From Methanocellales archaeon (GTDB lineage: Archaea; Halobacteriota; JAWCLZ01): 21,111 nucleotides of DNA. This document shows, piece after piece, positions 17,832 to 21,111 of the stretch; the stretch's first letter is position 1, and every line of letters begins with the position of its first letter. Below the pieces are notes generated by a model. It saw nothing but the letters and a program-made list of their open reading frames with translations. It ran no database searches and was not told the DNA's origin. Location of the stretch: NCBI GenBank assembly GCA_038850285.1, contig JAWCMA010000021.1, positions 1 to 21,111 on the forward strand, given 5' to 3'. A program made the translations under genes and the position numbers.

Positions 17832-18896
17832 TTACTCTTTAAATACATGCACGCAAGTGGCTTTGAAGGAAGCATTTACAGTTTTACCCTTTGCAAGATC
17901 TAAATCATCCACGGATCTCTTGGTGAGCAGTGCTTCAAGCTCGAAATTTGAATCGATGTTAACCATAACGCGCGCAGTTGCACCTAAAGGCTCTATTCTC
18001 GCTATTTTGCCCTTGAATCTATTTCTTGTACTCGCTAAACTGGAGTCAATAGCAATGACCACATTCTCAGGTCTAATGCAGATCTTCACTGGTGTGCCCT
18101 CTTTATAGTTGCAAATTGCCTCGATTTCTTTATCTTTAATTTTAATATGCGCTAGACCGCTTGGATTTGAAATTACCACTCCCTTAAAAACATTTTTTAT
18201 CCCTAGAAAGTGAGCTACAAATTCGCTAGCTGGATAATAAAAAATTTGCTCTCGCTCGCCGATCTGGAGAATTTTGCCTTGATTCATAATAGCGATTCTA
18301 TCTGCGATGGCAAAAGCCTCTTGCTGATCATGCGTGACATATATAGCTGGGATATTTAATTTCTTCACAATTGCCTTGATCTCCATTTTCAATTCCTCTC
18401 TAGTGCTTGCATCGAGGGCACTTAGCGGTTCATCAAGTAGCAGAATTTGAGGTTGAATTACAAGTGCTCTTGCAAGGGCAACTCTTTGCTTTTCCCCTCC
18501 GCTTAATGAGGATGGAATTCTCTTGAGTAAGTGCGAGATCTTCAGTAGATCGGCTATTCCTTGAACGCGGTTTTCAACTTCGCTTCTTTCAAGTTTTCTA
18601 TATCTCAAGCCGAATGCAATGTTTTCATATACGCTGAGATGTGGAAAAAGCGCGCAATCTTGAAATACCATTCCAATACCGCGCTGCTCAGGGGGTAACT
18701 TAGTTAGTTCCTTTTCACCCAACAAAACTCTGCCTTTCTTTATTTGCAATACTCCAGCGATTGCCTCAAGGAGCATTGTTTTACCAGCACCAGTTGGACC
18801 CAAGATTGCGAAGATCTCGCCCTTTTGAATTTCAAAAGATATATCAAGCAAATTGAAGGCTTCATAGCCCGCTGCTAAATTTTCAATGCGTATCAT
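17832..18896 (-). CDS. wtpC: Tungstate/molybdate ABC transporter ATP-binding subunit (WtpC/ModC) with C-terminal TOBE domains
   Basis: GPTGAGKT, LSGGEKQRVALARAL, LLDEP, VTHD. C-terminal STRNRFKGKI...LTKRSVDDLDL..G..V.ASFKAT TOBE repeat. Start ATG 18896. Confidence 0.85.
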   Translation of the reverse strand: MIRIENLAAGYEAFNLLDISFEIQKGEIFAILGPTGAGKTMLLEAIAGVLQIKKGRVLLGEKELTKLPPEQRGIGMVFQDCALFPHLSVYENIAFGLRYRKLERSEVENRVQGIADLLKISHLLKRIPSSLSGGEKQRVALARALVIQPQILLLDEPLSALDASTREELKMEIKAIVKKLNIPAIYVTHDQQEAFAIADRIAIMNQGKILQIGEREQIFYYPASEFVAHFLGIKNVFKGVVISNPSGLAHIKIKDKEIEAICNYKEGTPVKICIRPENVVIAIDSSLASTRNRFKGKIARIEPLGATARVMVNIDSNFELEALLTKRSVDDLDLAKGKTVNASFKATCVHVFKE

Positions 18897-18897
18897 C

Positions 18898-19668
18898 TCA
18901 CTTCCTCCCTGCAATATATCTCAGTATTGCGAAGATCGATAGGCAGATCGCGAGTAATAGTACTGCAATTGTGGATGATTGCTCAAGGCCAGTGGTTAAA
19001 AATCGCTCATAGATTAACACAGGAGCAGTCATAGGGTGGTATGCGAGCACTACAATTGCTCCAAATTCACTTACACCGCGAGCCCAAGCTAATACCCCCC
19101 CAGTGAATATGCTTCTAGCGGCTAGAGGCAGGGAAATCCTCTTGAATACCTCGAATTGCGAAGCCCCAAGTGTCCTAGCTGCTTTCTCAATCCTTGGGTC
19201 TATGGATTCAAAGCCTTCTCTTGCAGCGTTTACGAGAAAAGGCGAGCTCACGAAGAGCATTGCTACCACTATGCCAGCTGTGGTGCTGTAGAAGCGCAGT
19301 CCAAATGGCTCAAGAGCACCGCCTATTAATCCATGTCTCCCGAAAATTGATAGCAATGCAATTCCCGCAACTGTATGCGGTACTGCTAGTGGGAGGTCAA
19401 TGATTCCCTCTATCAATTGCTTGCCTTTGAACTTCTTCCTTGCAAGGATGAATGCAAGTGGAACTCCTGAAATGCAAGCGATTATAGCGGCGAGGGCAGC
19501 ACTTGCAATGCTCAGGAATATAGCGGACTGCACGCTTGCATCGCCAATTGCATCATATATATTTGAGAGAGATTGAGTGAAAATTAAATTAAAAATTGGA
19601 AGTATAACTAGCAGTAGTATTAGGATTCCCATCGTGGAGAATATTATAAAGGTTTTTTCAATCCTCAT
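18898..19668 (-). CDS. wtpB: Tungstate/molybdate ABC transporter permease (WtpB/ModB)
   Basis: IDLPLAVPHTVAGIALL, EAA loop EKAARTLGAS, WARGVSEFGA, YHPMTAPVLIYERF. Start ATG 19668. Confidence 0.9.
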   Translation of the reverse strand: MRIEKTFIIFSTMGILILLLVILPIFNLIFTQSLSNIYDAIGDASVQSAIFLSIASAALAAIIACISGVPLAFILARKKFKGKQLIEGIIDLPLAVPHTVAGIALLSIFGRHGLIGGALEPFGLRFYSTTAGIVVAMLFVSSPFLVNAAREGFESIDPRIEKAARTLGASQFEVFKRISLPLAARSIFTGGVLAWARGVSEFGAIVVLAYHPMTAPVLIYERFLTTGLEQSSTIAVLLLAICLSIFAILRYIAGRK

Positions 19669-20617
19669 AGTTATTCCTTTCTTCAACATAGGGTCTTAAT
19701 TCAAATGGAATCTTATTGATATCACTTGCAACTGCTAAACACTCCATGCCATTTTTCTGGAGAATTACTTTGCCCTCGCTGCTTAATAAGAATTTCAAAA
19801 AATCAATGGCTGCTTTTGAATTTAAAGAGTTCTTTGGAATGGTGATACCGTAAATAATGGGCTTGCCTGTTAATGTTATCACCTCGCTGCCTTTCTTTAC
19901 ATTAACTGTTGCAGTTGAGTAAAAAGCTGCATGCTCCTCGCTGCTTAAATCTATTTCCTCTGGGAGGTTGATGTATTTAAAGCCATATTGCACTGCATTA
20001 GATTCATAGATGAAAAGATAATCAATTTCTCCCAGGTGAAGAGTTGATACAAGATCTACTTCTGTATCCCTCATATTTTGAGGCGGTGAATTTTTTAATA
20101 TTTCCTCCTTTATCGCTCTTCCATAGTATTCCTCAGCTAAGCTGAGCAGCATCAGCGTTCTATAGCCGCATGGATCAGTGTCTGGATTTGCTCTGCCTAT
20201 TTCAACATCGCTTCTAGCTAAGATTTGATACCAGTTATCTGGATTGATTTCTCCGCTATATTTGCTTTTACTAGTATAGGCTATTACCATTCGATTTCTT
20301 GCAAATTTTATAGCCCATTCAGCGTGTTCAGGGATCAGCATTTTTGGAATCAATTCATAATCTGCAACTGCGATGATATCTGCTTCTCGCTTGAGCTCTG
20401 TTATTTTCTTTATTGTCTCCACACTTCCTCTCCCCTCTCTAAGTATTTTAACCTCTGGATGCTTAGCAGCATACGCCCTTGCAAGTTCTTCCATTGGCTT
20501 TGAAAGACTGCCTGCGTGAAAAATGGTTAAGGTAACCTCCTCTTTGGACTGCAAGCAGGAAGCTGCAAATAGGAATGAAAATGCGATAGTTAGAACAATT
20601 AATTTAGTTAACTTCAT
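19658..20617 (-). CDS. wtpA: Tungstate/molybdate-binding lipoprotein WtpA
   Basis: Lipobox-like FAASC; FHAGSL, GSV, ADY.LI, DPCGYR, YLFIYES.A, LPEEIDLS, GKPIIYGITIP are motifs of archaeal ModA/WtpA. Confidence 0.92.
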   Translation of the reverse strand: MKLTKLIVLTIAFSFLFAASCLQSKEEVTLTIFHAGSLSKPMEELARAYAAKHPEVKILREGRGSVETIKKITELKREADIIAVADYELIPKMLIPEHAEWAIKFARNRMVIAYTSKSKYSGEINPDNWYQILARSDVEIGRANPDTDPCGYRTLMLLSLAEEYYGRAIKEEILKNSPPQNMRDTEVDLVSTLHLGEIDYLFIYESNAVQYGFKYINLPEEIDLSSEEHAAFYSTATVNVKKGSEVITLTGKPIIYGITIPKNSLNSKAAIDFLKFLLSSEGKVILQKNGMECLAVASDINKIPFELRPYVEERNNYED

Positions 20618-20627
20618 TCTTTGTTAA

Positions 20628-20649
20628 TCATATCTAATTACTTATATGA
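20628..20649. promoter_or_regulatory. Candidate operator overlapping the wtpA promoter
   Basis: TCATAT-N10-ATATGA inverted repeat 11-32 nt upstream of the wtpA ATG, overlapping a TATA-like CATATAAG. Confidence 0.35.
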
Positions 20650-20675
20650 ATATTTCGAAATCTATTATGCTTACA

Positions 20676-21062
20676 TTACTTTAAATCTTGAATCACTGCA
20701 ATGGCCTCGATTTCAATATCAGCATCTCTTGGCAGCCTTGCAACTTCAACTGTCGAGCGCGCTGGAGGTGCTTCTTTGAAGTACTCAGCATAAACTTCAT
20801 TCACAGCTGCGAAATCTCCAAGGTTTTTAAGGAAAACCGTGGTTTTAACAACATCATCGAGAGATGCACCAACTGCTTGAAGAATGGTTTTAATATTCTC
20901 CAGCACCTGCTTGGTTTGCCGCTTAATATCCCCCTTAACTAGAGCGCTATTCATAGAAATAGGGATTTGCCCAGATATAAAAATAAACCTCCCTGTCTTA
21001 ATCGCAGGTGAATAAGGACCGATTGCCTTAGCCAGCTTATCACTTTTAACCACTTCTTTCAT
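20676..21062 (-). CDS. ridA: RidA/YjgF/UK114 family reactive intermediate deaminase
   Basis: [26 protein letters not shown]...PPARS.VEV..LP....IEIEAIA, with the catalytic Arg present. Confidence 0.92.
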   Translation of the reverse strand: MKEVVKSDKLAKAIGPYSPAIKTGRFIFISGQIPISMNSALVKGDIKRQTKQVLENIKTILQAVGASLDDVVKTTVFLKNLGDFAAVNEVYAEYFKEAPPARSTVEVARLPRDADIEIEAIAVIQDLK

Positions 21063-21111
21063 CTTCTTTTTCCACCAATATCTCCAACTTCCTCCAGTTC
21101 GGCTCCACTTT
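21059..21111 (-). CDS. 3' end of an upstream gene truncated by the window edge (unknown product)
   Basis: An open frame [16 protein letters not shown] ends in an ATGA overlap with the ridA start. An alternative frame ([21 protein letters not shown]) is also open, so the frame is uncertain. Confidence 0.35.
   Translation of the reverse strand, partial: SGAELEEVGDIGGKRR

Noticed and set aside
330-20942. The many 60-130 aa ORFs antisense to or nested in the large genes
   Set aside because: They are shadow ORFs of well-supported genes, with no independent motifs.

Overview
Archaeal chromosomal window, roughly 40% GC by eye. GatD/GatE, an intein-free RadA with a Methanomicrobia-type insert, WtpABC and a COG1361 protein point to a Methanomicrobia/Halobacteriota-type euryarchaeon (inference). 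Almost every intact gene is on the minus strand. In transcription order these are ridA-family, wtpA-wtpB-wtpC (tungstate/molybdate uptake), argH-gatD-gatE-COG1361-ABC ATPase-ABC-2 permease, a QueG/reductive-dehalogenase-like Fe-S protein, radA, lhr-metallophosphoesterase-DUF1697-DUF167, and a nucleotide-sugar dehydrogenase. The plus strand carries a frameshifted TauE/SafE (TSUP) gene and DUF1634. The ORF track misses decayed elements in the intergenic gaps. One is an internally deleted IS200/IS605 (tnpB) element wedged between lhr and its phosphoesterase partner (4137-4442). A second is a heavily degraded IS4/IS5-type DDE transposase (~9471-9900). A third, weaker one is a possible DUF2283 relic. 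I saw no rRNA, tRNA or CRISPR array. I cannot support a complete novel system. The best leads are the mini-tnpB element in the DNA-repair operon, the radA-lhr-MPE-DUF1697-DUF167 cluster with a candidate operator, and the QueG-like enzyme in a lineage without queuosine. All family calls are by motif recognition only; no database search was run.
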